From an uncultured virus (IMG/VR IMGVR_UViG_3300008114_000015) (Duplodnaviria; Heunggongvirae; Uroviricota; Caudoviricetes), in the IMG/VR virus record IMGVR_UViG_3300008114_000015: a DNA stretch of 64,000 nucleotides; one strand, 5' to 3'. Shown piece after piece: positions 47,113-56,657 of this stretch. The notes below the pieces were generated by a model. That model was given only the letters and a program-made list of their open reading frames with translations. It ran no database searches and had not been told where the DNA came from. Every line of letters begins with the position of its first letter. Positions within the stretch are counted from its first letter, which is position 1. The translations under genes and the position numbers were made by a program.

Positions 47113-47628
47113 GTGATTATTATGGCATCAGGCTACCCAAATTCTTGGGAACCACATAAGCACAAGCAATGGGATAAGTACGAATACTCGAAACTCCCAA
47201 CAACTACAGTAAAACCTCAAACCCTTGCTGATTTACTCAGCGCTCAATTCTTCTTAGGGTTTCAAGATCAAATCAATCGTTGGAACACGTTGACCTCATA
47301 TAAGACAACGACCTTTCCACCCTACAACCTAATCAAAGTGGATGATGACCATTACACAGTGGAAATCGCCCTGGCTGGGTACAAGAAAGAAGACATTGAA
47401 GTAACTGTAGAAAAAGACCTGCTCATCGTTAAAAGCGTTGAAAAAGAAGAGGACAAAGGCGAAGAGGTTCTTCATCAAGGAATCGCCAAGCGTCTATGGA
47501 CTCAAAGGTTCGTGCTTGGGGAGTGGATGGAAGTTAAAGAGGCTACCCTTAAAGACGGGCTATTGACCATCAAGGTGGAACGTGAAGTTCCCGAAGAGGA
47601 AAAGCCCAAAGTAATCAAGGTCAAGTAA
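47113..47628 (+). CDS. Small heat-shock protein Hsp20/IbpA-like
   Basis: FPPYNLIK, EIALAGY, LHQGIAKR, ATLKDGLLTI...PEEEKPK. Confidence 0.92.
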   Translation: MIIMASGYPNSWEPHKHKQWDKYEYSKLPTTTVKPQTLADLLSAQFFLGFQDQINRWNTLTSYKTTTFPPYNLIKVDDDHYTVEIALAGYKKEDIEVTVEKDLLIVKSVEKEEDKGEEVLHQGIAKRLWTQRFVLGEWMEVKEATLKDGLLTIKVEREVPEEEKPKVIKVK

Positions 47629-47633
47629 GACCT

Positions 47634-47660
47634 CGACCTGAGCATGTCGTTAAACTGCTC
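47634..47660 (+). ncRNA. Compact H-type pseudoknot in the Hsp20 3' UTR
   Basis: S1 CGAC/GUCG, S2 GAGCA/UGCUC, loops 2/1/6 nt. Confidence 0.5.
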
Positions 47661-47692
47661 ACCACTTTTATCAGGTTTATCCCATCTCAATA

Positions 47693-48217
47693 TTGGATAA
47701 TAACAACATGGCTAAACTTAAAGGCTCCTTTGGAGTAAAAGTAGCAAGCGGTAGTGCCGCTGGATTTTCTAATATCCCAGGAGCATCTAGTTACACGGTG
47801 ACTCTTGGAAAACAATTTGCTAAGAAATTTAAAGAAGGCGTTGGAACTGTAAAACCTAAGCCAGGCAAAACAAAGGCTGAAGATCCAGGTACACAAGAAA
47901 CCGATGGAACTCCTACAAAGCCTAAAAAACAAAAGGCCCGTAACGCCACTACAGCAGATGTAGAAAAAGCCGTTGCTGGAGGATTCATTACTCCAGAAGA
48001 GGCTACTGGCGGTGAGTGGGGCAAAGACATGGGATTAAGCACAACCTACTCAAAGAAGTATGCGGCTAATGCTGCAGCTAACGATGGCAAAGCAAAAGGT
48101 AAAAAGTTCACAGGTCCTAAAGGTTCTGAGGGTAGGGAAACCGCTGCAATCTGGGATACCCCATCAGCAGGACAACAATTTAATCCTCCTCCTGTAGATT
48201 TGACGGACTACAAATGA
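47693..48217 (+). CDS. Basic hypothetical protein
   Basis: Lys/Gly-rich ORF. Confidence 0.55.
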   Translation: MDNNNMAKLKGSFGVKVASGSAAGFSNIPGASSYTVTLGKQFAKKFKEGVGTVKPKPGKTKAEDPGTQETDGTPTKPKKQKARNATTADVEKAVAGGFITPEEATGGEWGKDMGLSTTYSKKYAANAAANDGKAKGKKFTGPKGSEGRETAAIWDTPSAGQQFNPPPVDLTDYK

Positions 48218-48525
48218 GAGACAGAGAATTTAGAGACGCGCTTACTCGAGCTTCCGGAGCAGTAAAAGGCATGGAGACAGAGGCTAAGCAATGGGATCGA
48301 TTTACTCCGTGAGTAAAAAGGCTGAGTTTAAATCCTCGTCCCAACACAAACCTATAACAATCAAAGACTCTAGGTTTGGGATTAGGAAGTTTTACCAGAA
48401 TAAGCAGGATGAATCGACCATTTTCTCCTATGCTAATCCAGGTAGAACTAACTGGACTTATAGATAACAATCCTTAGAGGAGCATTCTGGGCTATCCTTG
48501 GAGATAGCAAAGTGAAAGGAAGAAC

Positions 48526-48861
48526 GTGCCAGCCTATAATTTAAAGCGAATGACGAGCCCTACTCAATTGAGTACGTCAGCAACCAGCGTATACACGGTT
48601 GGATCAGGCATTACCGCAGTGGTAAAACAGGTTCTAGCCACTAACTGCACTGCCTCATCATCTACTTTCTCCTTGCACCTTGTCCCAAACGGAGGAACAA
48701 CAACCACTTCAAATCAAATTTTTTGTTTAATTCCAGTTCCAGCATACTCAACACTTGCTATTGATTTAGCCCAAGTTATGACAGCAGGAGATCAACTCTT
48801 TGCTCTTGCTGGAACTTCTTCAACAATTAATCTGACAGTAAGCGGATATGAGGCTTCCTAA
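48526..48861 (+). CDS. Small virion-type beta-sandwich protein
   Basis: SVYTVGSG.TAVVKQV...N...; Ser/Thr-rich. Confidence 0.55.
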   Translation: MPAYNLKRMTSPTQLSTSATSVYTVGSGITAVVKQVLATNCTASSSTFSLHLVPNGGTTTTSNQIFCLIPVPAYSTLAIDLAQVMTAGDQLFALAGTSSTINLTVSGYEAS

Positions 48862-49004
48862 TGTCGAGGGAATCAATTAGAGTAATTGGTGCTCAAGTAA
48901 TCTCCGATACTGCCGGTAGCAAGGATCGAGAAATTTTTATTTCAACCTCGACACCCCCAAGCGGATCTGGTAAAAACGGAGATATCTGGCTGAAATATTC
49001 GTAA
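48861..49004 (+). CDS. Small tail-fibre-associated peptide (not in ORF track)
   Basis: ISTSTPPSGSGKNGDIWLKY motif common in tail fibres. Confidence 0.55.
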   Translation: MSRESIRVIGAQVISDTAGSKDREIFISTSTPPSGSGKNGDIWLKYS

Positions 49005-49007
49005 GCC

Positions 49008-50525
49008 ATGGCGTTATACGTAAAAGTTGACGGCACTTGGCGTACCGTAACAGCTGATCAAGCTAATGATTGCGGTCAAGTCAAGATAGGCAATACTTGG
49101 CGTACCGTCACTAACTCTTACGTAAAAATAGGAAACACATGGCGTACTGTGTGCGAACCAGTGCCAACACCTACGCCAACGCCTACGCCAACTCCAGTTG
49201 CACCAACACCAACACCAACTCCAACTCCAGTATTTACTCCAACTCCAACACCTGTAGCACCAACTCCAACTCCAACTCCAACTCCAACTCCTACACCAAC
49301 TCCTACTCCTACTCCTACACCAACTCCAGTTGGCTGTTCTACAGCGTCTGGTCCTTGCGATGGATCATGTTGCCCTTACGGATCAGGAACCGAAGCTTGT
49401 ACAACAGGCACTGGCGCGGCTGGAACTCGAACATATTGCATTACTCCACAAGGATGTCCAAACATCTATGGAGACTGTATTGCAAATACTGTAACACCTA
49501 CACCAACTCCTACTCCTACACCAACTCCAACTCCAACACCTACGCCAGTCGCACCGACTGCACAGTGGAAGTGTACTGAGAGCTATCAATGCGGTGGTGT
49601 AGGTAACTGTTCTTACACAACTCCAGGATTCCAAGACAACGCGTCAGGAACTGGTTACTCACGTCAATGTATCTTTACATCTGGTGATTTCCCTGCTTGC
49701 CAGTCTACAAACTGCTCACCTACACCAACGCCTGTTGCTCCTACACCAACGCCAACTCCTACACCTACACCAACCCCAACACCTACCCCAACTCCTACAC
49801 CAACTTTGGACTGCTCAACTTGCGTTTATGGAACTACAGAGCCTTCATGTCCAGCAGGTCAAAGCGGATACCGACTACGTTGTATCACTAACGTAGGATG
49901 CCCTGACTACGACATTGTTAATACTTGTACATCAACGCCTACACCTACACCTACACCTACACCTGTGGCTCCAACACCTACACCTACCCCAACTCCAGTA
50001 CGTTACGTAGATCCTTACTACGGCGTTGGAGTCCCTTGCGTACAGGGAGATACTCCAGTACTAACACTCCAAGACGGAGTTATTACGTGGGTAGCATCTC
50101 GTGATGTTCAGATTGGCGACACGCTAGTTGTACCTAAGTTCACAGAACTAGATGAAAATCTACCTGATTGGAACTTGTACGAGTGGAACACCTCAACCTT
50201 GACTATGGAATCTTATGCAACTGCAAAGGTTATAAACAAGGTTCAGTCTGTCCACCAGAAGGTTGCCTACTTCAACTCTGATGTAGCTAACAAGTTCTCT
50301 GAGTTCCACCCAATCCTTGCACTACGAGATGGCGTTTACGAGTTCTTCACAGTTGCTTCACTTATTCCGGGAGACACCCTGTTCCTAGCAGACGGAGAGT
50401 CCGCTTTGGTTCCTGTGGTTATCGAATCAATCAATTGGGTCAATGGCGTAACAGATGCTTACAACTTTAGCGTTGAAAACATCGACCTAGTTGTAGCGGG
50501 TCGTTATGTCACACACAACAAGTAA
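49008..50525 (+). CDS. Fibre-like protein: (PT)n repeats, Cys-rich modules, C-terminal Hint domain
   Basis: Three (Y/Q)VK(V/I)(D/G)(G/N)TWRTV repeats, PT tracts, Hint from CVQGDTPV (nt 50037) to THNK-stop. Confidence 0.8.
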   Translation: MALYVKVDGTWRTVTADQANDCGQVKIGNTWRTVTNSYVKIGNTWRTVCEPVPTPTPTPTPTPVAPTPTPTPTPVFTPTPTPVAPTPTPTPTPTPTPTPTPTPTPTPVGCSTASGPCDGSCCPYGSGTEACTTGTGAAGTRTYCITPQGCPNIYGDCIANTVTPTPTPTPTPTPTPTPTPVAPTAQWKCTESYQCGGVGNCSYTTPGFQDNASGTGYSRQCIFTSGDFPACQSTNCSPTPTPVAPTPTPTPTPTPTPTPTPTPTPTLDCSTCVYGTTEPSCPAGQSGYRLRCITNVGCPDYDIVNTCTSTPTPTPTPTPVAPTPTPTPTPVRYVDPYYGVGVPCVQGDTPVLTLQDGVITWVASRDVQIGDTLVVPKFTELDENLPDWNLYEWNTSTLTMESYATAKVINKVQSVHQKVAYFNSDVANKFSEFHPILALRDGVYEFFTVASLIPGDTLFLADGESALVPVVIESINWVNGVTDAYNFSVENIDLVVAGRYVTHNK

Positions 50526-51126
50526 TCTCTACTCTTCGGTTGAGGTCATCGCTCCCTGTATACATTTATACAGTGATGTGTGGCCTCAATCGACTGAGTT
50601 TATTAAAGATTTAGAAGAGAAGACATTAACCACCGATCTACGTTGGGGATCAGGCACTTTAAATACTGATAAAGGTCCTTTAGTAGACACTAAATACCGA
50701 GATGTTCAACTCATCGGTCTTCCAAACTTTGAGCTTCCAGAAGATGCGTCTGACCCTATAAAAAGAGTTCACTCGCTATACAACGAGATTACAGCGGCCC
50801 TTTCCCCATTAATCTCTGAGTACTGTGATCACTATCGAATATCTTTAGATCATACCCAAGAGGGAGTGCAACTACTAAAGTATGGGATAGGTCAGTTCTT
50901 TACTCCGCACATAGACGACTCTCCCCGTAGACCTAGAAGAGTTTCCTACTCGTACTACGTGAATGATGATTACGAGGGTGGAGAAATAGTATTTACTAAC
51001 TTTGATGTGGCGGTTAAACCAAAAGCGCATCAACTTTTAGTGTTTCCGTCTAACTACGCCTACAGGCATGAGGTTCAGCCGGTAACCGCAGGAACTCGTT
51101 ATGCTATGGTGCAGTGGTGGAACTAG
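50506..51126 (+). CDS. 2OG-Fe(II) oxygenase (prolyl-4-hydroxylase-like)
   Basis: FTPHID, YVNDDYEGGE, YRHEV.PV..GTRY. Confidence 0.9.
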   Translation: MSHTTSNLYSSVEVIAPCIHLYSDVWPQSTEFIKDLEEKTLTTDLRWGSGTLNTDKGPLVDTKYRDVQLIGLPNFELPEDASDPIKRVHSLYNEITAALSPLISEYCDHYRISLDHTQEGVQLLKYGIGQFFTPHIDDSPRRPRRVSYSYYVNDDYEGGEIVFTNFDVAVKPKAHQLLVFPSNYAYRHEVQPVTAGTRYAMVQWWN

Positions 51127-51851
51127 ATAAGAAAAATATATATTTTGTTGCTGCTAGATGGGAAAATGTAGGAAATCCTCCTGAGGTAGCTGCTAAATCT
51201 TTGCCGGCCTGGTACAAAGACACAAATAGGTATCATGAGGATGGGAATAGCACATTTAGAAACTGTGTTCCATTTTTTGATGCCATGACTTCTGGGTATA
51301 TCTTTAAAACCCCGTGTGATGTTATGTTTGATATTGCTGATAATCGTATAGTGGCAAAGATAGAAGACCCTAACTTTCAAGACTTTATTGGGCTAAGAGA
51401 CCCGTTGCCAAACTTCCATCATCCTGAAGGCTATTACGAAGATCATTTTTCATTCTTACCGGAGTGGGGAGTTGAGTTAGAGCCTGGCTTTAGCGCTCTT
51501 TACACTACCCCCTTTAATAGGTTTGACTTGCCGTTTCTGGTCACTTCTGGGGTGATAGACAATGACAAAATGAATACCCCTGGAATGATTCCGTTTTTTA
51601 TTCGTAAAGGCTTTTCTGGTCTAGTGCCTAAGGGAACCCCTTACGTTCAGGTATTGCCGTTTCGAAGAGAAGACTGGAACGCCACCCCTATCTACGGTAA
51701 CGAGGCTCAAATTGGAAGAAACCTCAAAAGAGCGATTAAATTTAGGTCTGTAAAAAGCGACTTCTATAGAGACAATCTTTGGGAGCGTAAAAAGTACAGG
51801 ATTGAAAATAGTGTAAAATTAGAGACAACTGAAGGAGAAACAGATGTCTGA
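51114..51851 (+). CDS. Hypothetical protein typical of phage oxygenase clusters
   Basis: CVPFFDAMTSGY...GVIDND...KGTPYVQVLPFRRE. Confidence 0.6.
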   Translation: MVELDKKNIYFVAARWENVGNPPEVAAKSLPAWYKDTNRYHEDGNSTFRNCVPFFDAMTSGYIFKTPCDVMFDIADNRIVAKIEDPNFQDFIGLRDPLPNFHHPEGYYEDHFSFLPEWGVELEPGFSALYTTPFNRFDLPFLVTSGVIDNDKMNTPGMIPFFIRKGFSGLVPKGTPYVQVLPFRREDWNATPIYGNEAQIGRNLKRAIKFRSVKSDFYRDNLWERKKYRIENSVKLETTEGETDV

Positions 51852-52062
51852 GGAACAACGGTCGGTAAAGCCGTGGGATTTAGTTAACCCCAATGTAATG
51901 CACGTATCTGACGAGGTAAAAAAGTCTCGTATGGATATATGCCTTGGCTGTGAGCACTTAATTAAGTTCACAAAGCAATGCAAAAAGTGTGGGTGCCTTA
52001 TGCATCTAAAAACAAAATTAGCACCGGCATCATGTCCGGTAGGAAAATGGGGAGCTGTCTAA
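51844..52062 (+). CDS. Small Cys-rich protein
   Basis: RMDICLGC...QCKKCGC...K....CPVGKW. Confidence 0.65.
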   Translation: MSEEQRSVKPWDLVNPNVMHVSDEVKKSRMDICLGCEHLIKFTKQCKKCGCLMHLKTKLAPASCPVGKWGAV

Positions 52063-52673
52063 TGGCATTAAATTTTGTTGCTCCAGGAATCGTTATATTT
52101 GAAAACGTTCTTCCAGAAGGTGAAACTCTCATGCAAGACCTTGAGTACACCGTAGAGTCTGGTATTTTAACTTGGGCATCTGCTCAGGTAGCTGATGCAA
52201 AAAACGATGGATCAGAGAACAAGTACATTAGAGATACTTTTAGTTTAGGTGCGCCTATGCCTCCTAAAGACTCCCCTGCTCCAGACCCAGAAACCACATC
52301 TTCTCGTTTCTTAATGGAGTACGGTTTGGGATGTACTTTTAGAGATGCTTTTCATGACCCTCTAACAGAGTACTTAAACTTTTTTGGCGTAGATATTAGA
52401 AGTTATGACTCCTATCAAATCCTTAAGTACGGAGTTGGACAAAAGTTTGATCGTCATATGGACGATCATTGGCGCTTCCCACGTCGCGTATCATTAACGT
52501 ATTACGCAAATGATGCTTATGAGGGTGGCGAAATTGAGTTTGATCAGTTTGATATTAAAATCAAACCTGAGAAGGGAAATCTTCTCCTCTTCCCTTCTAC
52601 CTATGTTTATTCACACAAGGTGTACCCAGTAACTTCTGGTACAAGATATGCGGTGGTTCAATGGATGCGATAG
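52062..52673 (+). CDS. 2OG-Fe(II) oxygenase (prolyl-4-hydroxylase-like)
   Basis: FDRHMD, YANDAYEGGE, YSHKV.PV.SGTRY; ATG at 52062. Confidence 0.9.
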   Translation: MALNFVAPGIVIFENVLPEGETLMQDLEYTVESGILTWASAQVADAKNDGSENKYIRDTFSLGAPMPPKDSPAPDPETTSSRFLMEYGLGCTFRDAFHDPLTEYLNFFGVDIRSYDSYQILKYGVGQKFDRHMDDHWRFPRRVSLTYYANDAYEGGEIEFDQFDIKIKPEKGNLLLFPSTYVYSHKVYPVTSGTRYAVVQWMR

Positions 52674-53245
52674 TAAGACCAGCCCCTCAAATACTAAGAA
52701 ATGTATTTCCTGATCCGGAATTTGCTAAGTTTAGGGACACAATGCTGCGTGTTGATACCAGCGTGCAAAACCACCCAGACTTTGGAAGATACGCCCTAAG
52801 TCACTACGACTCTCCAATCCTTAGCGAGTACGCTGAAAGAAGCGTTCCTTTAGCTCGGCAGACATTTAACAGCGAAACATTGCTACATACCTACACTTTG
52901 TTTTGCAGATATGAAGGCGCTGGAGCAAAACTTTGGAAGCATAAAGATAACAATGCTTGCACTTACACAATTGATATGTGCGTTTACTACGATACTAACT
53001 GGGGTCTTTTTGTAGAAGACGTTGAATACTTTACTGAGCCAAATGAGGCTGTTGCTTATTATGGAAACGATCAAGAGCATTGGCGTGGTCCATTTCCCGA
53101 CCCAGAAAAGAACTTTGTTGGCGTAGTGTTCTTTCATTATGCTGAGCCAGATCATTGGTACTTTACTAAAGGACCTGATTATTTAAAGGTTGTTACTGGG
53201 GAGTGGTCTGAAGCTCAATGGGCTAAGTCCACAGCAAATCAATGA
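52661..53245 (+). CDS. 2OG-Fe(II) oxygenase-like protein
   Basis: LWKHKD..AC, YYG...EHWR, VFFHY. Confidence 0.75.
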   Translation: MDAIVRPAPQILRNVFPDPEFAKFRDTMLRVDTSVQNHPDFGRYALSHYDSPILSEYAERSVPLARQTFNSETLLHTYTLFCRYEGAGAKLWKHKDNNACTYTIDMCVYYDTNWGLFVEDVEYFTEPNEAVAYYGNDQEHWRGPFPDPEKNFVGVVFFHYAEPDHWYFTKGPDYLKVVTGEWSEAQWAKSTANQ

Positions 53246-54198
53246 AGACAGCACTCGTTATGGGTGCTGGCGGATTTATTGGAAGCCACCTAGTAAAGAG
53301 TTTAAAAGAAGAAGGATTTTGGGTTAGAGGAGCAGACCTTCATTACCCAGAACACTGGAGCACTTTTGCTGATGATTTTATTATTGGTGATCTAAGGTCT
53401 CAAGAACAAGTTGATAAAGTAATTGATAAAACTTTTGATGAGGTCTATCAACTAGCTGCTGATATGGGCGGTATTGGGTACATTAGTGCTAATAACGACG
53501 CTTCTATACTATCTAACTCTGCGCTTATAAATATCAATGTTTTAAAAAGAGCAGAGCAAAAAGGCATAAAAAGTATTTTCTTTTCTTCATCAGCTTGCGT
53601 ATACCCAGAGCACAATCAACTTAATCTAGATGACTTTACTTGCCAAGAACTTACAGCATACCCCGCAAACCCTGATACTGAATACGGTTGGGAAAAATTA
53701 TTTAGCGAGCGCTTGTATCTTTCCTATAATAAAGATTATGGCATGAAAAACAAAGTTGGCAGATACCACAATGTATTTGGTCCTTACGGAACTTGGCGTG
53801 GAGGCAAAGAAAAAGCTCCCGCAGCTATTTGTAGAAAAGTAGCGGAAGCAACTGAGTCTATTGAAGTATGGGGGGATGGAGAGCAACTACGCTCATTCTT
53901 ATACATAGATGAATGCATTAAGTTTACGAAAGAGTTTTACAGAGAAAAAGATTATCTACACCCTATAAACATAGGATCCACAGAAACTGTTTCTATTAAC
54001 ACTTTGGTGGATATTGTTTGCGATATTGCTGGAAAAAACTTATCTAAAGTTCACATAGAGGGTCCAACTGGCGTTAGGGCTAGAACCTCAGACAATGAAC
54101 TTATTAAGTTTATTTTAGGTGAGGCTCCTAAAGAGGATTTAAGAGGTGGCTTAGAGGAGACCTACAGGTGGATATCAAGCCTAGTAAAGACCGGATAG
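53242..54198 (+). CDS. NAD-dependent epimerase, GDP-mannose 3,5-epimerase-like
   Basis: GAGGFIGSH, QLAADMGGIGYI, SSSACVYP, YGWEK, GGKEKAPAAICRKV. Confidence 0.85.
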   Translation: MKTALVMGAGGFIGSHLVKSLKEEGFWVRGADLHYPEHWSTFADDFIIGDLRSQEQVDKVIDKTFDEVYQLAADMGGIGYISANNDASILSNSALININVLKRAEQKGIKSIFFSSSACVYPEHNQLNLDDFTCQELTAYPANPDTEYGWEKLFSERLYLSYNKDYGMKNKVGRYHNVFGPYGTWRGGKEKAPAAICRKVAEATESIEVWGDGEQLRSFLYIDECIKFTKEFYREKDYLHPINIGSTETVSINTLVDIVCDIAGKNLSKVHIEGPTGVRARTSDNELIKFILGEAPKEDLRGGLEETYRWISSLVKTG

Positions 54199-55241
54199 TA
54201 TTTAAACTGCATAACCCTTGCGGTCTTTTTAACCAAGTAACTTGTATAGAAAATGCTGTAGCACTTTCTCATTTTTTAAAAAAAGACCTTTTAATTCATC
54301 ATATCTTTAACAAGCCTTGGAGTTCTGATATTGAAAAGGGTATTGGCATTTACTCGGCAAATCGTTGGTACAACAAAAGAAAGTTTGTAAATAACGACTT
54401 AACCCCAAGAATCACAGATTTAATAGATGTACATCCGTATGGAGAAGTTGAATACCTTGATAAAGAGTTGAATATAGAAGCAAATGTCTTTACTCAGTAT
54501 TTTTATAATTTTTCTGACAATGCTTTTAATGAAGATAAGTTTTGCGCTGGTAAAAGAAAGTTTATGCCTGAATTTATAGATCACTATAGTTTTAAATGGA
54601 CTCTTGGTTGGTACTCTGTATTTTTTATGAACCGAACTCCGGAGGTAGAAAAAGCCCTTTCTTTAACAAAGTTTAAGCCGGAGTATCAACAGTTTGCCAA
54701 AATGATTGCTGACAGCTTAGGAGACTTTGTAGGCGCTCATATAAGAAGAACAGACCATAGATTTGATTACGCTACTGAAGAACAGGTTATGGAAGGCATA
54801 GCTACCTTAACACCCGGGTATCCAGTAGTGGTGGCTACAGATGACCCGTGGAGCAAAACTGTGCTAAACACCGGAGCATTGGTATTAGAGAACTACATAG
54901 AAAAAGAATTTTCTAAAGAGTTTCAAGAATTAAAATTTACAGACGAAGTAACTTTAGGATTAATATCTAACCTAGTAATGTGCCATGCAAAAGACTTTAT
55001 AGGTACTCAAGGAAGTACGTTTACAGGTTATATACAACGACATGTAGGGGGAAACATGAGGTTGTTTGGAGAGATGCCATATGAGCAAACTGGTCCATAC
55101 ACATGGAACGGGTATAAGTTTCCTGAGCTTAGATCAGCAGAAGAAAACAAAAAGATGAACTACACATCTGTTTTGCATGAGTGGGACGTCCACTGGTGGC
55201 GGGAATGGCCCGAATCTAAACTATTCCCAGAACTTGTCTAG
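54168..55241 (+). CDS. O-fucosyltransferase-like (GT-B, GDP-sugar) glycosyltransferase
   Basis: GLFNQ, GAHIRRTD, VATDD, FIGTQGSTFTGYI. Confidence 0.8.
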   Translation: MDIKPSKDRIVFKLHNPCGLFNQVTCIENAVALSHFLKKDLLIHHIFNKPWSSDIEKGIGIYSANRWYNKRKFVNNDLTPRITDLIDVHPYGEVEYLDKELNIEANVFTQYFYNFSDNAFNEDKFCAGKRKFMPEFIDHYSFKWTLGWYSVFFMNRTPEVEKALSLTKFKPEYQQFAKMIADSLGDFVGAHIRRTDHRFDYATEEQVMEGIATLTPGYPVVVATDDPWSKTVLNTGALVLENYIEKEFSKEFQELKFTDEVTLGLISNLVMCHAKDFIGTQGSTFTGYIQRHVGGNMRLFGEMPYEQTGPYTWNGYKFPELRSAEENKKMNYTSVLHEWDVHWWREWPESKLFPELV

Positions 55242-55961
55242 TTTTCCAGAATTATCTAGATATCCAACTTCCCAACCTGGTTGAGGACGCTTGCACCAGA
55301 ATGTGGTGTGAACATACCTAGTACCGCTTGTTATTGGTCTAATTCCGTGTGGATTCATAATGTGACCGCTAAACATTACAAGCATTCCTGGCTTTGGTTT
55401 AATCTCAAAGTTATTGTGATAAGGAAAATATAATTCCCCACCCTCAAAGTCATCATTCATGTAAATCATGCCAGTGTAGTTTTTTGTAGTGCAATGTCGT
55501 CTGTACAAAGCCTCTTCGTCTGCCGTAAAGAAGGAAGAATCAAAATCTGCTGGAAGTTTGGATCGATCAAAGTCTGGGTCTATGTAGTCAATATGAGGAC
55601 CTTGATGAAAAGGCGGATACCAACGAACCGCTTCCCAACTCTCTAGTTGAAAAGAGTCTTGCGTTACATTAAAGAAATCAGCCACCTGTTCTTTAGCGGA
55701 CTTCATGATTGGGTAAGCCCTCTTAAAAAGCTCTGGATGGCTTCTAGTGTTGTAGAGACTGTTGAACTCTACCTTTCGGTTATCCCACTGCTTGGACACC
55801 AGCTCATAGTCTCTGCCGTCTGGGAAAGCCTCTCTTTTAGCGTTATTGAAGGCCCAAAGATTCTTTTCTGTTACGTAGTCTATAAACCAATCGCACTCTT
55901 CCTTAGGGACAAAATCCTCAATAATCCTAAGGTGAGGAGAGTCATAAGTAGTAACTTTCAT
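55221..55961 (-). CDS. 2OG-Fe(II) oxygenase (prolyl-4-hydroxylase-like)
   Basis: GPHID, YMNDDFEGGE, HGIRPITSGTRY. Confidence 0.85.
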   Translation of the reverse strand: MKVTTYDSPHLRIIEDFVPKEECDWFIDYVTEKNLWAFNNAKREAFPDGRDYELVSKQWDNRKVEFNSLYNTRSHPELFKRAYPIMKSAKEQVADFFNVTQDSFQLESWEAVRWYPPFHQGPHIDYIDPDFDRSKLPADFDSSFFTADEEALYRRHCTTKNYTGMIYMNDDFEGGELYFPYHNNFEIKPKPGMLVMFSGHIMNPHGIRPITSGTRYVHTTFWCKRPQPGWEVGYLDNSGKLDKFWE

Positions 55962-56063
55962 GCTCAAAAGTATACCAGCATGCAAAGACAAAGACCAAAG
56001 GCTCTTGGACAATAGTAAGGCGCCCCGATCAGGCGCTATACCACTCTAGAGAAAAGGTAAATA

Positions 56064-56597
56064 ATGGCAAGAGATACTGGATACCCTCAGGTCTCGGGCG
56101 GAAATATCGCCGTAGACTTTGTATGGGGTAACTTCCCAATGCAGCCAGATGATGACCGTACTGGTACTGCAACTCAAATTAGCACCGGAGACGTTGCGTA
56201 TGACAAAGGCTGGGGCGCAACAACCCTAGTTAACAGCGCAGCTCTAACCAAGACTGCTATCAGCAAGACACTTAACAATGGTATTTCCCAGAGCGTTGAG
56301 AACAACCACAGCGTTGCTCTAAACAACTGGAACAAGTACCCAGATTACGATGCAGTTGCTCCATACTTGGATACAACTGATCAAGCCGCTGTTCCTAACG
56401 TAGTTGGTCTAAGCGAGTCTGCAGCTAATACTGCTCTCGTTGCAGCTGGCTTTGTAAAGGGCGCTGTAACAACTACAGCAGATGGCGCAACCGCAGAAAA
56501 CGATGGTCTAGTAAAGACTCAGACCCCTGCTGCTGCGGCAGTAAAGAACCTTGGAGATGCAGTAGCGCTCGTCAAGTACGCTTACGTAGCTCCGTAA
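56064..56597 (+). CDS. Protein with C-terminal PASTA-like domain
   Basis: VPNVVGLSESAANTAL.AAGF...V..Q.P...GDAV.L. Confidence 0.7.
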   Translation: MARDTGYPQVSGGNIAVDFVWGNFPMQPDDDRTGTATQISTGDVAYDKGWGATTLVNSAALTKTAISKTLNNGISQSVENNHSVALNNWNKYPDYDAVAPYLDTTDQAAVPNVVGLSESAANTALVAAGFVKGAVTTTADGATAENDGLVKTQTPAAAAVKNLGDAVALVKYAYVAP

Positions 56598-56611
56598 TAA
56601 AACTAAATAGC

Positions 56612-56647
56612 GCAAAGGCCGGTGGAGTTAAACTCCCCGGCCTTTGG
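56612..56647. terminator. Bidirectional terminator
   Basis: CAAAGGCCGG...CCGGCCTTTG between convergent genes. Confidence 0.7.
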
Positions 56648-56657
56648 CATTTGTAAG

